A stretch of 64,000 bases of DNA from Pseudogymnoascus verrucosus (Eukaryota). Below the pieces are notes generated by a model. The model searched no databases. It saw only the letters and a list, made by a program, of their open reading frames with translations, and had not been told where the DNA came from. Position 1 is the first letter of the stretch, and each line of letters opens with the position of its first letter. A program made the translations under genes and the position numbers. This document shows, one piece after another, positions 14,151 through 27,353 of this stretch. The stretch lies in the NCBI GenBank assembly GCA_001662655.1, contig KV460256.1, one strand, 5' to 3'.

Positions 14151-16127
14151 ATGTATCTCCTTGCAAGCTTGTTACTGCCTCTAGCAGTGTCTGCCGCTTC
14201 GGTTCAGAGACAAGGCAATCAGAACATCGGCAAACAAAATGATGGCAACAACCAGGCAGCGCAAGCTACCGGTATCAGAGTCCCAACTACGACAACCTTG
14301 CATGCCTCTTCACCAACCATCGCACTCGACTATTGCACCGTTGCACCTGTCGCTGGAAACTCTACCATCGGTTATTACAAATACCAGAATATCCGGTTTG
14401 CTGCTGCTCCCACCGGTGATGGCCGTTGGGCTAAGCCTCAGTGGCCCCCGGTTGAGACTGAGATTAATACTGGCTACTTAGCTGATGCTGATGTCGACTG
14501 TGCTTCAACTGAGGACTGTCTCTACATGGACGTCTGGGCACCTGCTAACAGCGCAGGCAAGAAACTCCCTGTACTTGTTTGGACTTATGGTGGCGGTTTC
14601 ACTGGTGGCAGCAAATCTGAGACTTCTCCTGAAGGCCTTTTCAATCTAACCACCGAATTTGTCTATGTTGCCTATAATTACAGACTTGGCATGACGGGAA
14701 TTGCCAACGGTGCAACCTTGCTTCACGAGGGTGGCATCTCTAACATTGGAATTTGGGACGTCCAGCACGCTTTTGAGTGGACTAAGAAGTATATTGGTGC
14801 TTTTGGTGGTGACGCTGATCAAGTTACCGCAGTTGGTTTCTCTGCTGGGGCTTCTCAAGTTCTATTCCAAACTACTGTATGTTGTTTACGCAAACTAACA
14901 TATTTGACCACGGACTGACACCTATAGCGCTTTGGTGGCCATGCGGAGCAAAATTTCGCTCAGGCATATGTGATGTCCCCGGGTTTTGTTCCAGGCGCCG
15001 GTCATCACACATCAGAGGTAATTTGAGCTCTTGTAAGAGTGCGAACAGAATATCTAACTATTTATTTCTTGCAGATGTTCTGGCAGAATGTCTCAACTGC
15101 TGTTGGTTGCGATGGTGGCCACTTGGACTGCATGCGGTCTGTTGATTTCACAACGCTTCAAGATGCTGCCAGTACAGTCACAAGCGACTACATCTACCAA
15201 TTCCAACCCCGTGTTGACGGCGACATTGTTGCAGACACTTGTATGCTTCGAATCTTCCTTGTCAGTCACTGTTCACTAACTGGGTCGAATAGACGAAGCC
15301 CAACTATACCAAGGACGGTTCAACTTCACCGGGCCAATGGTCATTACCCATGAACAACATGAGGCTAACAGCCAAGCCTACTCCGGAGTCGACACCACCG
15401 ACGATGTTGCTGCTTACTTGAGAGTCTTCTTCCCTGCGATCACAGATGATGTCGTTCAGAAGATCCTCGACTTTTATCCCGAGTCAGACTACACTAGCCC
15501 TGGCCTCCGATTTGCCGACATGAAGCAATCTTTTGACCTGACCGCTCACAATCTAGCCGCTACTCATGCTATGAATAACCAGACTTGGAACGCGATGATT
15601 GCTTTGGACTCAGCCACCCATGGCACCGATCAAAGCTATTACTGTAAGGCTTTTATGGTTAATGGATAAATTTATATTTGGCTAATACATTTGATAAGGG
15701 TATAAATCAGCTTCCGTTATAACCACGACAAGCAATACCACCAGTACCTCTTCAGCTGCTATATCCACGGCTACTTCATCCAATACGACCACCACCGCCG
15801 GCCCAGGTGGTGCAGCTGGTGGCGGACTAGGTGGTGGACCAGGTGGAAGCACTTCAGTTAACGCCACTATCGCTGTAAGCCACTGCGTATATCTTCTCGA
15901 TCTTTATACTAACTCGATTTTTATAGGTCATGATGCAAAAGTACCTCCTTTCCTTTGTTCTGACAGGTAACCCCAATAGCAAGTGGCCCGAGGACAATCC
16001 CGAGTGGCCATTGTATAACACCACCGCCACTGGTGTTCAACTTGTTTTTAACACTACCTTTTACACGGATGCCGATGACTTGGCTACCGAGAAGACCCTC
16101 TATTGGAATCAAGCTCTTTGGTACTAG
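14151..16127 (+). CDS. Secreted type-B carboxylesterase, spliced
   Basis: Signal peptide MYLLASLLLPLAVSA, then EDCLYMDV, YGGGF, NYRLG, FGGD..VTAVGFSAG and THGTDQ. About five introns. TATA-like TATAAA near 14022. Confidence 0.88.
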
Positions 16128-16305
16128 ATAGTCTTGGTTTGAGAAATCAATTATAAAGGCAGCCAAACTCTCTGAAAGAATGGATTTTATTTAATAAAAG
16201 TATAGGGTTATCCTAAAATGAACGTAATGGAGTAACTACAGCGGATATGGCTCCAGCCTCCCCCTCTGCTTCCAACTATTTGCCTCACTCCCAAAACTGA
16301 TTCGA

Positions 16306-18029
16306 TTAGTAGACATACACAAACTCGTCATTCTGCTTGTCTGTCAAGTCCAAGACTTCCTCCCGTTCGCCTGACACTTCCTGAGTCTTCAAATCCATGT
16401 TGACGTTTGTTGTCATGGAACGATCAACAATAACTCCACTCTTCCCGTTTGCGATTCTCCTCTTTTCCTGCTTCTTGTTCAACCACATCAGATTGGCGAT
16501 TTGAACACCGAGGAGCACCATCATGGCAACAAAGACCCCAAGTACACCTCCAATAGCTGGGTGATATTCTGGGGCCTGGTCTGCCGTGAACAGAAGCGGG
16601 CCAATAAGGGCTCCTGCGGAGGTACCGGCTTGATAAAATGCCATTGTGACGGATTTTTTGGTCTGTCCAGCAGTATTTCCAACGGACCACGCAAGAAGTA
16701 TAGGGTTGCCTGCAAACAAAAAGGAGGTGATGTAGTAGGCGACGAGTAGCGCAGGTCGCATTCTTGCCTCGCGGCTAAGGCCGTAAAGCATTGCGCAACC
16801 AATAACGGGGAAAATCATGAAGCCCATCAAGATAATACCCTTCAGCTTCATCCTATTGGCGACCCAGCAAGATAGAATGACAACAATTAAAGTCATGGCT
16901 CCATAGGGAATATTTAGCAGCAACGTCGTATAGGGGTCAAAGCCAAAGCCTTTAATGATAAGAGGTCCAAAGACACCTGGCAATGCCGAGCCTAGGTTGG
17001 GCAGAATCGCGAGCACAACCCACAGCCAAGTCTTAATATCAAGGGCCGCTTCCCAAACCTGGGGCCACTTGAACTCATGGACCGTTTCGTCGCCAGATTT
17101 GTTGCTGCGGAGGCGTTCAACGCCCTGTAACCGTTCCATGGGGGTGAGGAAGCGAGCCACAGAGATATCGTTGTCGAGGAAATAATAACAGACGGGTGCA
17201 GTGACAACAGTAAGCAATCCGCAAAATAGATAAATGCTGCTCAACTATTAGTGGGATCTCCATGCTAATGGGTAGGATAACTAACATTTGCCACGAATAT
17301 AACCTCGAAGAATGGATATGGCCGAGGCCATAAGATAAGGCAGCAGCTGCCATAGTTGCTGTGCCATTCATGGAATACCAAATAGAGACACGAAGTGGCT
17401 GCTCAACACGACGGTACCACTGGCCAGTCATGATAGCAAATAGGGGCAAGCAGCCGGCTTCGAACAGACCAAGGAAGAAGCGGCAGGCCATCATTGTTTT
17501 GAAGTCATGGCATAGACATGTCATTGTCTCTGCAATTCCCCATCCAAGGATCATCGATGGCATCAGGATCCGGTGTGGCACCTTCACAATCAACCACGCC
17601 GAGAATGGCTGCCATCCTAACTGCGCAATTGGTGCGATCGACCCGAGGAGTGAATATTCACGTCCCGTCATATGGGTGTCTTCTCGTAGACCGAAAACCG
17701 CTCCAGTTCCCATGACTCCCTTATCCAAAACCTAAGGGGGGCCAAAAGTAAGCACCGTAACAGATTATTAACATCCACGCAACGCACCTGTAAGAAGTAG
17801 ACCCAAGTCAGAATCGACAAGATGACCCTATCAGTCTTCCTCCTAATCCGAGTATTCTAGGCAGAGGGGTCAGCAAGTTTCTTAGTTGCGGATCTCGAAG
17901 GCAACATACATCTTCCTCCGTCAGGGTGATAGGAGAATGCTCCATCGTCTCTGCAGTTGGCTTCTCTGAATAGCTCACTGGAGCCGAGGAGATCTTTTCC
18001 CCTTCGGATTCGATATCATGATCACCCAT
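16306..18029 (-). CDS. MFS transporter, Dal5/allantoate (anion:cation symporter) family
   Basis: IRRKTD..IL, LDKG, FGLREDT, RFFLGLFEAG, QWY...EQP.R, NTAGQTKK and the family C-terminus DLTDKQNDEFVYVY. Three introns. Confidence 0.9.
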
Positions 18030-18975
18030 AATGGCAAATATTTGCCCTGTTGAAGAATTCAATGGGCTAAAGTAGAGGAGAGACTGGTGTAATTGTTGAG
18101 TGGTGAAATAACAAACTGATCTGCCAACGAGAGCATCTTGCCTCTTTATATATCTACCCCAGAAAGTGTCAAGCTATCCACATGGCAATCTGGGGTAAGA
18201 CCCACACGCGAGTGTCGCGTAGCCCTTGTCGATCCCTCCTACCAAAAGCGGTAATTTTGAAGTGGACCCAACACTGTAGTAGAAGCTTATCGACTCAAAA
18301 CTTCCTAATTAGGTAGCCAAATCAAACTATTTACTATCATGAATAGAGTTACAATCATACTCTCCGCGCAATCCTTCCTTCCTTACCGAGGTTTCGGAGC
18401 AGCGGATACAGTGGTGGCGGCGTAAAGTCGCTTCCCGCGAAAAGATAATGAATGTGGGCCGCCTTCGATAGCCTGCCACGCCGCCGTTGCCCCCGAGGAT
18501 TTTTATTCGTAGGTTTGAGGTCTACCCAACGATGATCGGCACTCTAATCAATGCGATTCACTTTCTGGCAGAGGCTCACAGAAGTACGTGGCAATACGCT
18601 ACCTGTATCGGATACATGCTCTGGCTAACTACGGTACCTATGGGCTGAGGCTATGTTCTGTAGCGTCACTCCTCCGATGATAGACTTGAGGCTCAATCGG
18701 TCTAAATTCTATCTATGCTATCTATTTTATCACAATCAACCATCCTCTATTGCCAGTCACAAGATATGGCTTATCATGTCCCAGGATTACAGATTGGGTT
18801 AGGCCGCGTGCTTTCCGTTATCCTCCGCTCCTCCTGTCCCCCCCCCCATCGTCGCCCTTTGCGATTTGCAAGGCCACTTTCAGGTCGCCACCGCCCTTGC
18901 ATCCGGCTCTCGCCCTTCACCTCCCGTAGACTACTGCAATTGCTTTTCAGCTAGCGTCCTGTTATCCGCCGCACC

Positions 18976-20184
18976 CTAAAACCAGGCGGCATGTTCTGGG
19001 AAATGTTTCTCTATGCTCTCTGGGTCGCTGTCTGGCCAGGCTTTCGCCATCGCCTTGCACATCTCTTCGTACAGGACTTTATACCCAGCAGGGTTGAAGT
19101 GGAGGCCTATGAGGAGGGAGGGGGTTGTCAGCGACATTATTCTTAAAGTTTATACCTACGAGGCGATAGAATCAAGGCGAAAGCAAGGCGGCTTTACATA
19201 CCGTCGTAAAGCATCTCAGCCAAAGCTGGGTTCTTGCCTGTCTTCAGACTGCCGGCGAGCACTCCTTCGCCGGTCCATCCCGCACGCGCCATCATCGCAG
19301 TCCAGAGATCGCAGACGACCACCGGCCTCCCTTTCGCGATAAGGTCCTCGCCGACTTCCTTTCCTACTTGGGCATACGCTCTCGAGGTTTCAGCACATCG
19401 GCCCCTGTCTACCGTTCCATCAGCGCGTGTTACTTCTGGGCGCTGGTACTCGTCCACGGGTGGTGTAGTGACAAGGATGATCCTCGGGTTGTGTGCAAGG
19501 ACCGATGGATGGGAGAGGATAGATACGAGGTTCTCGCGGTATCTATCTATCGAGACGAGCTGCTTGCTAGCGCCGTCGTCGAAGGCGGAGTCATTGGCGC
19601 CAAAGAAGAGGGACTGGAATCTTATTAATGGATGAGGTCTATATGGGGTGAAAAGTGGGAGGTCTATACCAGGTACTCAATCTTCGGTGAGTTAGCTGGG
19701 GAGGGGAAGACATAATCGATAATGGCTAGACCTTGCTCTGTCTGATATCCGCTGGGAAGATGTCGGCACATATTTACAGAACTGGACGCAGGCGCACCGA
19801 TGAGTGGTAAACCTACTTTAAACCACGGTTCACAACATCCAAGCGGCGCATATAGTCTAAAGTCCTCTACGTCAGTGAACTGGACAAATAAAGTAATTCT
19901 ATGTCAACGAAAGCGGCAATGTTAAGTCCCTTTGGCTAACCATCATTGACATGAACAAGGACATCAGGGAGCACTACCATGGGCCAACTGTGCAGCAAGC
20001 GCGAATCCTCTCGACTGATCAAAGGCACCCTGGGTAATAGAGTCTCCAAAGAGAACAAACTGCTTATACGGAAGCTATAATAGTATTAGTCGTGCTATCT
20101 CGCTTTCACAAAATCAATTCAGCCTCAACTCACTATAGACGCTGTTGCAAGAACGTCTTTCACGGGAGCTTTGAAAGGAGGCAT
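18976..20184 (-). CDS. IAH1: SGNH/GDSL hydrolase, isoamyl-acetate esterase Iah1-like, spliced
   Basis: Manual assembly gives the SGNH blocks FVLFGDSITQ, RRLDVVNRGLSGY, FFGANDS and YDGLHF. The start and exon edges are approximate. Confidence 0.82.
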
Positions 20185-20980
20185 ATTGACAGCGTGAGAT
20201 ATTAGTGGAAAAGATAAGCCGACCACTCTTTACAGAGGTTAAAGACAGAGAAATCAGAGGTGATCGATCAATCTCACAAATCACTGTTGATATGCGTGTG
20301 TGGTGATTGGAAATATAAGTAGCTGCCAAGTAAAGTATATTTATTGGTGGGGAATCAAAAATTAAAACCACCAGTTGTATTATTCTCATATCCTGTCTAT
20401 ACTGTATAGTTTGCCTCAATTAGGAAACAGGGCCTCCCGTGTAAGGCTATACCTTTTTGGGGTATGGCGTTCTTCAAGATCCAACCTGTAGCCTAATTAG
20501 GCAATATCGTGATCTATGATACCCCGCACCACCGCCACCAACGCCGTAAATCAGTGCATTTGGCTCAACAGACTCGCCGGTCTCATTACGACCCCCTGGA
20601 TGCCCCTGTCGATGACGATGAGGCCGGAGACTGCGAATCAGTAGTTTGGTGGGTGACCACCAGCAAATACTCACTGTTGTATGTATTTTTTTTTTTTGCG
20701 GATCCTCTGAATAATAGTTTCAATTGTACTGAGGGGTATGGCATGGAACGTAAACCCTTGCCGCCTAAGGGGTGATCTTGGTATATAACGAAGGTAATAG
20801 AAAGCCGAGGGGTGAGTAGGGTAAATGAGAGGGGTGAGGCAGAAGATAAAGTAGTGTTCCTGATGGCAGCTACGCGGGTGAAGAAAAAAGTGGCACGGTT
20901 CTTGGCACTGCTCGGAACACCACGAAAAGAGCGGTGAAGCTCACAGCTGAGCTTTATAACAATAATTGTAGACTGCTGTA

Positions 20981-22811
20981 ACGTATTTCACGAGCGAGTG
21001 GCCCACACGGGCGAGTGGCCCACCAAAACACCAAAATTGACTATTACTACGTACTACTACACCACTACCCTACATAATGACCCTTATTATTGAATCCTCA
21101 TGCCTCGTACATGTACGGGAGTTATGGCCCATAATACCACATAAGCCACAGCGCTTCTGTCGGCCCTTAGAGCCTACCTGCCGACTACTCTCACTTGCCA
21201 CCTCCGTACGGAGTTGAGCATCAACCTCAGCACTCTGAAGAATATCCTCTCCCTCTCGTACGGAGAGACTACCCCCCTGCATTATACGCCTCTTGCGCTT
21301 CCTTTCCCTCCTCTTTTTCTGTTCATTTGCAGCCTATAGAGCCTTAACTTCTGCTTTGAGTAGAATAGCAGAATGCATCATAACCTAAGCTCCTTTAGCA
21401 AGCTGGCTTAGAGCGTCATTAATTAAGGTAGGAGAGCTATTCTGATGTCGTATAACACGGTTCTTAATATGCTCTGTTTGAAAATCAAGCTCCCTTATAG
21501 TTTAAGGAGTCTTTGAAGTCTAATTGTTACGCTTAACTATAGGAGGAGTTAGAGTTCTTAAATGTAGATTTAAATGAGAGAGAACACTCTGCGGCTTGTA
21601 CAGAACTAGTCCTATAGCTCGGAACCTACTCTTAATGTTCTGCTCTATAAATGTAGCTTTAAATGCTTCTTTAAATGTAGAGAGGAACTTAAGCTTTATA
21701 ATGTAGTTTAGCTAGTTCTATACGAAGGTTTTAATCTGCTTTCTATACGAAAGCTTTAGTAGTGCAAAGCAGCTTACATTAAGAGGCTGAAGAATATGCG
21801 ACAAGTGTAGTAGCATATAGAGGGTAATTATCTTCTATTCTATATAGTAGTGTTGAAATTAAGTAGAGATGTAGCTCTTATGTCCGTTAAGAATAAGAAG
21901 GTAATAGGTTCTAATCGTACAAGTGCTTATATGTCGATCGAAGTATTGAATCTACTTGTACCTAATTAAATTTAAAGTCTACCTATTCTCACTTAGCGTA
22001 ATTACCTAATCATCTAGTAATCCTAAGTCCTTATATCATGTAGAGAGGTAATTCTACGCCTTGAAAATAATGAACGGCAGGAGTGCCTATCTATACGAAT
22101 TAACACCTTAAATAATTAACACCCACTCTCTATTTCTAGGCTATATAGTCTTTAGACAACTCTTTGCTTCTAAGCTTATAACTACCTTAGCAGTAGCAAT
22201 AACTCCCATTGCAAAACCTGCTTCATTAAAGTTGTAGATATCCTGCTCTAAGATTCTATATTTTGCAATTGTGTTTTGTACAAGGGCAAACCACCCTTTA
22301 ATTAACTTAGGATCTTCGTATTTTGCTCTTTTGTAATCGTACTTCTGACTAAACTTTGCTTTAAGTTCCGTATAACGCTTAATGAAGGTAGTAGTCCAGT
22401 TTATCCTAACAGGGCTTATGCCTCGTTCGGAAAGTAGAAGGTCTGCCATTTCTTGCACACCTTGTGGCTAGGGCGGAAATCCACGTGAATCTAGGTCAAG
22501 GATGTACCGAACAAGAGCTGACTCTTCGTATAGAGTCAACTTCTGTGAGTTAGGGGTAGAGTCGCGTCGGGAAGCCATTCCTTGAATTCGTCGACGTAGT
22601 GTCGTTCGAGGGATATCGTACGATGCTGCAGCTTCTCGAACACTTTGAAATTGGCCTTGTTTAATTGCACTAATAGCGAATAGTATTCTACCCTCCTGAT
22701 TAGAGGATTTGGCTTGTGTTGGTTGCGGCATGTTAACTGTAATTACGTTGACGCGTTCCGGTGTTTTGGTGGGCCACTCGCCCGTGTGGGCCACTCGCTC
22801 GTGAAATACGT
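20981..22811 (-). mobile_element. Complete pogo/Fot1-type (Tc1/mariner superfamily) DNA transposon, about 1.83 kb, with an inactivated transposase
   Basis: Identical 52-bp TIRs (ACGTATTTCACGAGCGAGTGGCCCACACGGGCGAGTGGCCCACCAAAACACC) flanked by TA at 20979-80 and 22812-13. The transposase remnant has an HTH (SVREAAASYDIPRTTLRRR), a CENP-B-like region, DIYNFNEAGF and a C-terminal zinc knuckle (CGLCGIMGHNSRTC), with many TAA/TAG stops. Confidence 0.95.
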
Positions 22812-22835
22812 TATATAGTAATTAATTCATTTATA

Positions 22836-23776
22836 ATGGCTGAAACCCCTCTGCTTTCAAATCCCTAATGACGACGTACAGTGGCAAATAGCAGCCTATC
22901 ATAGGACTCCTGCTCGAGCGAAGGTGCTTGGTGCTATTGAATATCTTGAAAAGCGACAGCTACGAGTAAATAAGACAGACGTCTTCTGGGCCTTTAACGT
23001 CCCTTTACGAACAGGGTGGCGGATAGTCCGAGACGGCTCTCGGACTCTTCATAATAGTCCTGTAAGAGTTGAGTCTCGAGGACGGAAGCCAAAGATTACA
23101 CCTGAACAGCTCCGTGCTCTCGACTTATTCCTACGGACTCACGGCTTTGAAGGGCGGCGGCTACGATGGCTAGAACTCGCAGAGCAAGTTGGAATTATAG
23201 GGGTTAATGCTTGTACAATTGCGATTACTCTAGGCTACTCTTATGACTACGCAAGCTGTATTTCATGTCGAGTATCATGGGTATCACTTTCTGCAGCACG
23301 GAACCGCCTACAATTTGCAATAGATATGTTACGGAAATATCTACGGGCAGAGGATTGGCACCGAGTACGCTTTTCCGACGAGGTTCACTTCTCTCTAGGG
23401 CCTGAAGGAAGAGTGAGAGTCCTACGCTGGTTAGGAGAGCGGTATTGCGGTGACTGTATTCAAGTGGTAAATGAGCCCCGAGACTCATAACGGAATAGGA
23501 TCCATTGTTAGGCTGCAGTAGGATATAATTTTAAATCCGATATCTATTTCTATACAACGAAGAATCGGAACGGCAAAATGAGACAAGAGGATTATATTAC
23601 GCAAATACTCGAGAAGGCTGTAAAGCCGTGGCTACAACAGGGTGACGACTTTGCTTTAGAAGAAGACGGTGATAGTTCTCACGGCCCTACGAATAATAGA
23701 AATATCGTACAGAAGTGGAAAGAAGAGAATAAGCTCGAATACTACTTCAATTGCGCTCAAAGTCCAGACTTATCTA
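22836..23776 (+). mobile_element. Tc1-like (DDE_3) transposase relic, 3'-truncated
   Basis: RGRKPKIT, DWHRVRFSDEVHF and LEEDGDSSH are present. The sequence ends at [10 protein letters not shown], just before the expected PIENxW. It has in-frame stops and no right TIR. Confidence 0.85.
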
Positions 23777-23911
23777 ATGGAGGCGCCACGGGCATACCAG
23801 TTTAGAAGCTACATTAGTGGGCTTGGGTAATACAGTAAAGAAATAGCAGCTCCTGCTTGCATCACCTTCTTCTCACATTATACACTTCCAATGTGCTGAT
23901 TGTGACTAAAT

Positions 23912-25409
23912 ATGACACTGATACGCTCTACATTGCCAGTGACAGAATCTGTCCCAGTTCAAAGCCATGACTCAATTAGTTATGATATAGCAAAAGCAAT
24001 AATCTTTGATAACATCGACAGCCATGATGCCGACCTGCAAGGCATCAATCACAAGGTAAATGAGTTCTATCTCCGACTTCTACACTTCTACCAAAATAAA
24101 GCCAAGAAATAACACTTACACTCACCTAGATCCACGCCAATCCAGAACTTTGTTTTGAGGAATTCCAAGCTCATGATAACCTTGCCGACTTCCTCGAATC
24201 CCACAACTTCACGGTCACACGCCACGCCCACGGCCATCCTACCGCTTTTAGCGCCGAGTTTGGTTCCGGCGGCCGCGTTCTCACATTCTGTGCAGAGTAC
24301 GATGCGCTCCCGGGAATAGGCCATGCCTGTGGCCACAACCTAATCGCCGTCACTTCTGTCGCCTCATTTCTCGGTATTGCAGCAGCTCTAGCCGCCTCCT
24401 CGATACCAGGCCGCGTTCATCTGCTTAGAACACCAGCAGAGGAGGGCGGCGGTGGAAAAATCAAATTGATTGATGCCGGAGCCTTCAGCGACGTGGATGC
24501 AAGCATGATGATCCACCCCGTGGGCAAGGATGCAGTTCCTGCCGGCACCGCGGGTGTTGCCTATGGTACTTGTCTCACAGGTCAAATAGGGAATGTGGAA
24601 TTTACGGGGAAGGCAGCCCATTGTGGGACGGCGCCATGGGAAGGTATCAACGCATTAGATGCGGCTACGCTTGCATATAGTGCCACTGGGATGCTCAGAC
24701 AGCAGATGCGACCCGAGAATCGAAGTGGAATTGTTATCAAGGAAGGTGGACAGAAAAGCAATATCACGACGCCTCACACGACAATCGAATACAGTATTCG
24801 GACTCGTACTCTGAAAGAAGCTAAGAGTATCAAGACGAGGGTGGAGAACTGTTTTAGAGGTGCAGCGTTGGCAACTGCGTGTGAAGTTGTTTTTAAAGAT
24901 GCGTACGTTATACCTGAGCTCACGTTCATTCTGAGCTTGCAGAACTGCTCTCAGATCATAAACTAATTGCAGCTTCTAGTATGGGCGTGTACGCAGATCT
25001 GCGCTCAAACGAGACTCTCTGCAACGAGTTCACTTCGGCAATGAGCGAGCTTGGGGAGCTATATCACAGCAACATCGCCAGTAACACGGCAGCGTCGTTT
25101 GGCACTGACATGGGTATGTGTTTCCGGGTTCCTCATCAATATTCTTTATTTCCCCACTTCAGCGGCTAACGGAAACAAGGTAATGTCTCTCACGTTGTCC
25201 CTACATTCCACGGTCTCTTTGCTATCGCAGCCGCAAAGGGCGAGGCAAATCACACGCCCGACTTTAAAAGAATTGCTATTTCAAACGAGGCATATAAGAG
25301 TGCAATAAATGCAGCTAAGGGCATGGCGATAACAGGTTGGAAGTTCTTGGCAGATGATTCAGTAGCTGAAAGTATATTATTGGATTTCGAGAGGTTGAGT
25401 CAATTATGA
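23912..25409 (+). CDS. Peptidase M20 / amidohydrolase (Acy1L2/PM20D2-like)
   Basis: IHANPEL, AEYDALPGIGHACGHNLI, TPAEEGGGGK, MIHP, GKAAH...PWEGINALDA, GTDMGNVS and NHTPDF. Three introns. Confidence 0.9.
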
Positions 25410-25886
25410 AGATGCAGCAGCTGTTTAAGATCTAAGTAAGTACTTAGATATTAAGACGTATACCGATAGGTGCAAATGTGCACCTAGAATTTAGATGTCC
25501 TTACAACATCCTACCAATGGCAATTATTTTGTGTCGTTATCCCTCACAGAGAATAAGCAAGGGTCATTCTGCAGAATAATCCACCAAGTGCACCGCCCTA
25601 ATTCTTGACCTACTAAAAGCTTGATATCGATGGGTTAGTGGTTGGGTGAGTGGCCATCAGACTGTCGTATCTTCGGCAGCCGAGAACCTACCAACAGACA
25701 AGCATCTCGAGATCTATGTATGTGGATTTCCAACAGTCTGCTGCAGTTTTCTTTTCGCTTTTTCCATTTCTGCTTCTCAGAGATGTTATATCAGGATTTC
25801 CTAGATATATATAAAGCTGGTTGATCTGAGTTGATCCATATCACCATTGTGAGGTTTGTCATCCAATACACGACCCCTTTCATGAA

Positions 25887-26683
25887 TTAGCCGACAACCT
25901 CACACCCTTCCTCTTCATCTCTCTCCTTTCGCTCTTTTTCCTCCTTCTCCAACCTCATCCCCAACTCAAGCATCCAATCCTTGCCCCCGGACTTCGCAAT
26001 AATATACCCCCCATTCCTCTCCGGCGCCTTCACAATCCTGATCTTCAATGGCGAGTACTCCTTCTCTACGACCAGAATCTCGGGCTTGCTGTCTTCATCT
26101 TCACTGTTTTCCTCGCTCATATTCTTGTTGTTCTGGCTTTGAGCTTCGACTTCTGAAATCATGGCGGCGAGCATGGGGCTGATATTCTGCGTGGTCGTGT
26201 CCCGCTTGGCTTTGGGTGGCAAAAGTTGGGTTTGTTTCTGGATTCGACAAGTGGGACAGTTCTTTGTGGTTGTTTGGTCCGAGGATAGAGTAAGGGGGGG
26301 ATTTTTTGGGCGCCCTATCTCACCAAATAGGGGATTGTCTATTAACCTGTCAGTTCCGCATCTTACCTCCATAACACAGGCCTCAACGCTGGCAAACACT
26401 TACTCTCCACACCATGCTTTCTCTCACTCAGCCTCTCCGCAATAGCCCTTCTCCTCTTCGCCTTATGCGCCAAGCTGATCCCTCTCTTATCCACCAGCGC
26501 CATCGTCTCCTCGACGCGCTGGACCATTGTGTCGAAGCATCCCGTCTCGGGGAGCGAGACCATGATTGATGACTGGGATTTTTGGAATATGTCGATAGCA
26601 GCGTCGATTGCGGGTGATTCATCTATTTCAGAGAGAGATAGACGCCTCTTTCGGGGCTTGGGTGTTGGAATCGACATATTCAC
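25887..26683 (-). CDS. Hypothetical protein, two exons
   Basis: Two ORFs can be joined by an intron (GTAAGT near 26403, ACTGAC branch, TAG near 26339). No family recognised. Confidence 0.5.
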
Positions 26684-27353
26684 ATGTAGGTGGTTGGTGC
26701 GACGGTTAACTGGGCACCAGGAGGTAGCTATTGAGCGAGCTATGATCAGTCAGTTCTATGTGTGTATTGAGATTCAGAAAATGAAGTATGGGTACATTTT
26801 TCAGTGGGTGTATGCTGAAGTGCAGCATGTTTTGGTGGTAATATCATTGTCTTCGGGCCTTTTATCTGTGGCGATGATAAACAAAACGATAGGCAAGTGA
26901 AATTGAAACGGTCCGGATTAATTTTTATCTACCGGAGGTAGTGGATCGATATGAGGAAGCAAGATTGTAATAAGCAAATGGGGTGTGGTGCTGTTTGTTT
27001 TGGTTTGGAAGATAGTAGCGGTGCAAGCCTGTCCTGTTGCCAGTCGCTAGCAGAAGTGAATCTGAGAACAGCGTCTGGAAATTTTGTTTTGGGACGGATA
27101 AGCAGTCGGGATAAGGAACGTAAGTTACTTATCTCTTGCAGCCCAGATTATATATTATGAATATATTCTTTCACCTACAATATCTATCCGCTGGTCTCAG
27201 TTTATACACAGCCATACCTCCCCTTCATTGGAAATATTTCATCCAGGCCTCAAGCCAGAAACCCATATCATCGTTACTTCGGCTTGTCGTAGTCATGAAA
27301 CGCTCGCTATCTCTCACGTCGACTCCCAAAAAAAATTGCCATCATTTTGTCAT

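Noticed and set aside
20474..20775. Short ORFs on both strands left of the pogo element
   Set aside because: No frame gives a recognisable protein. It may be a relic, but nothing supports that.
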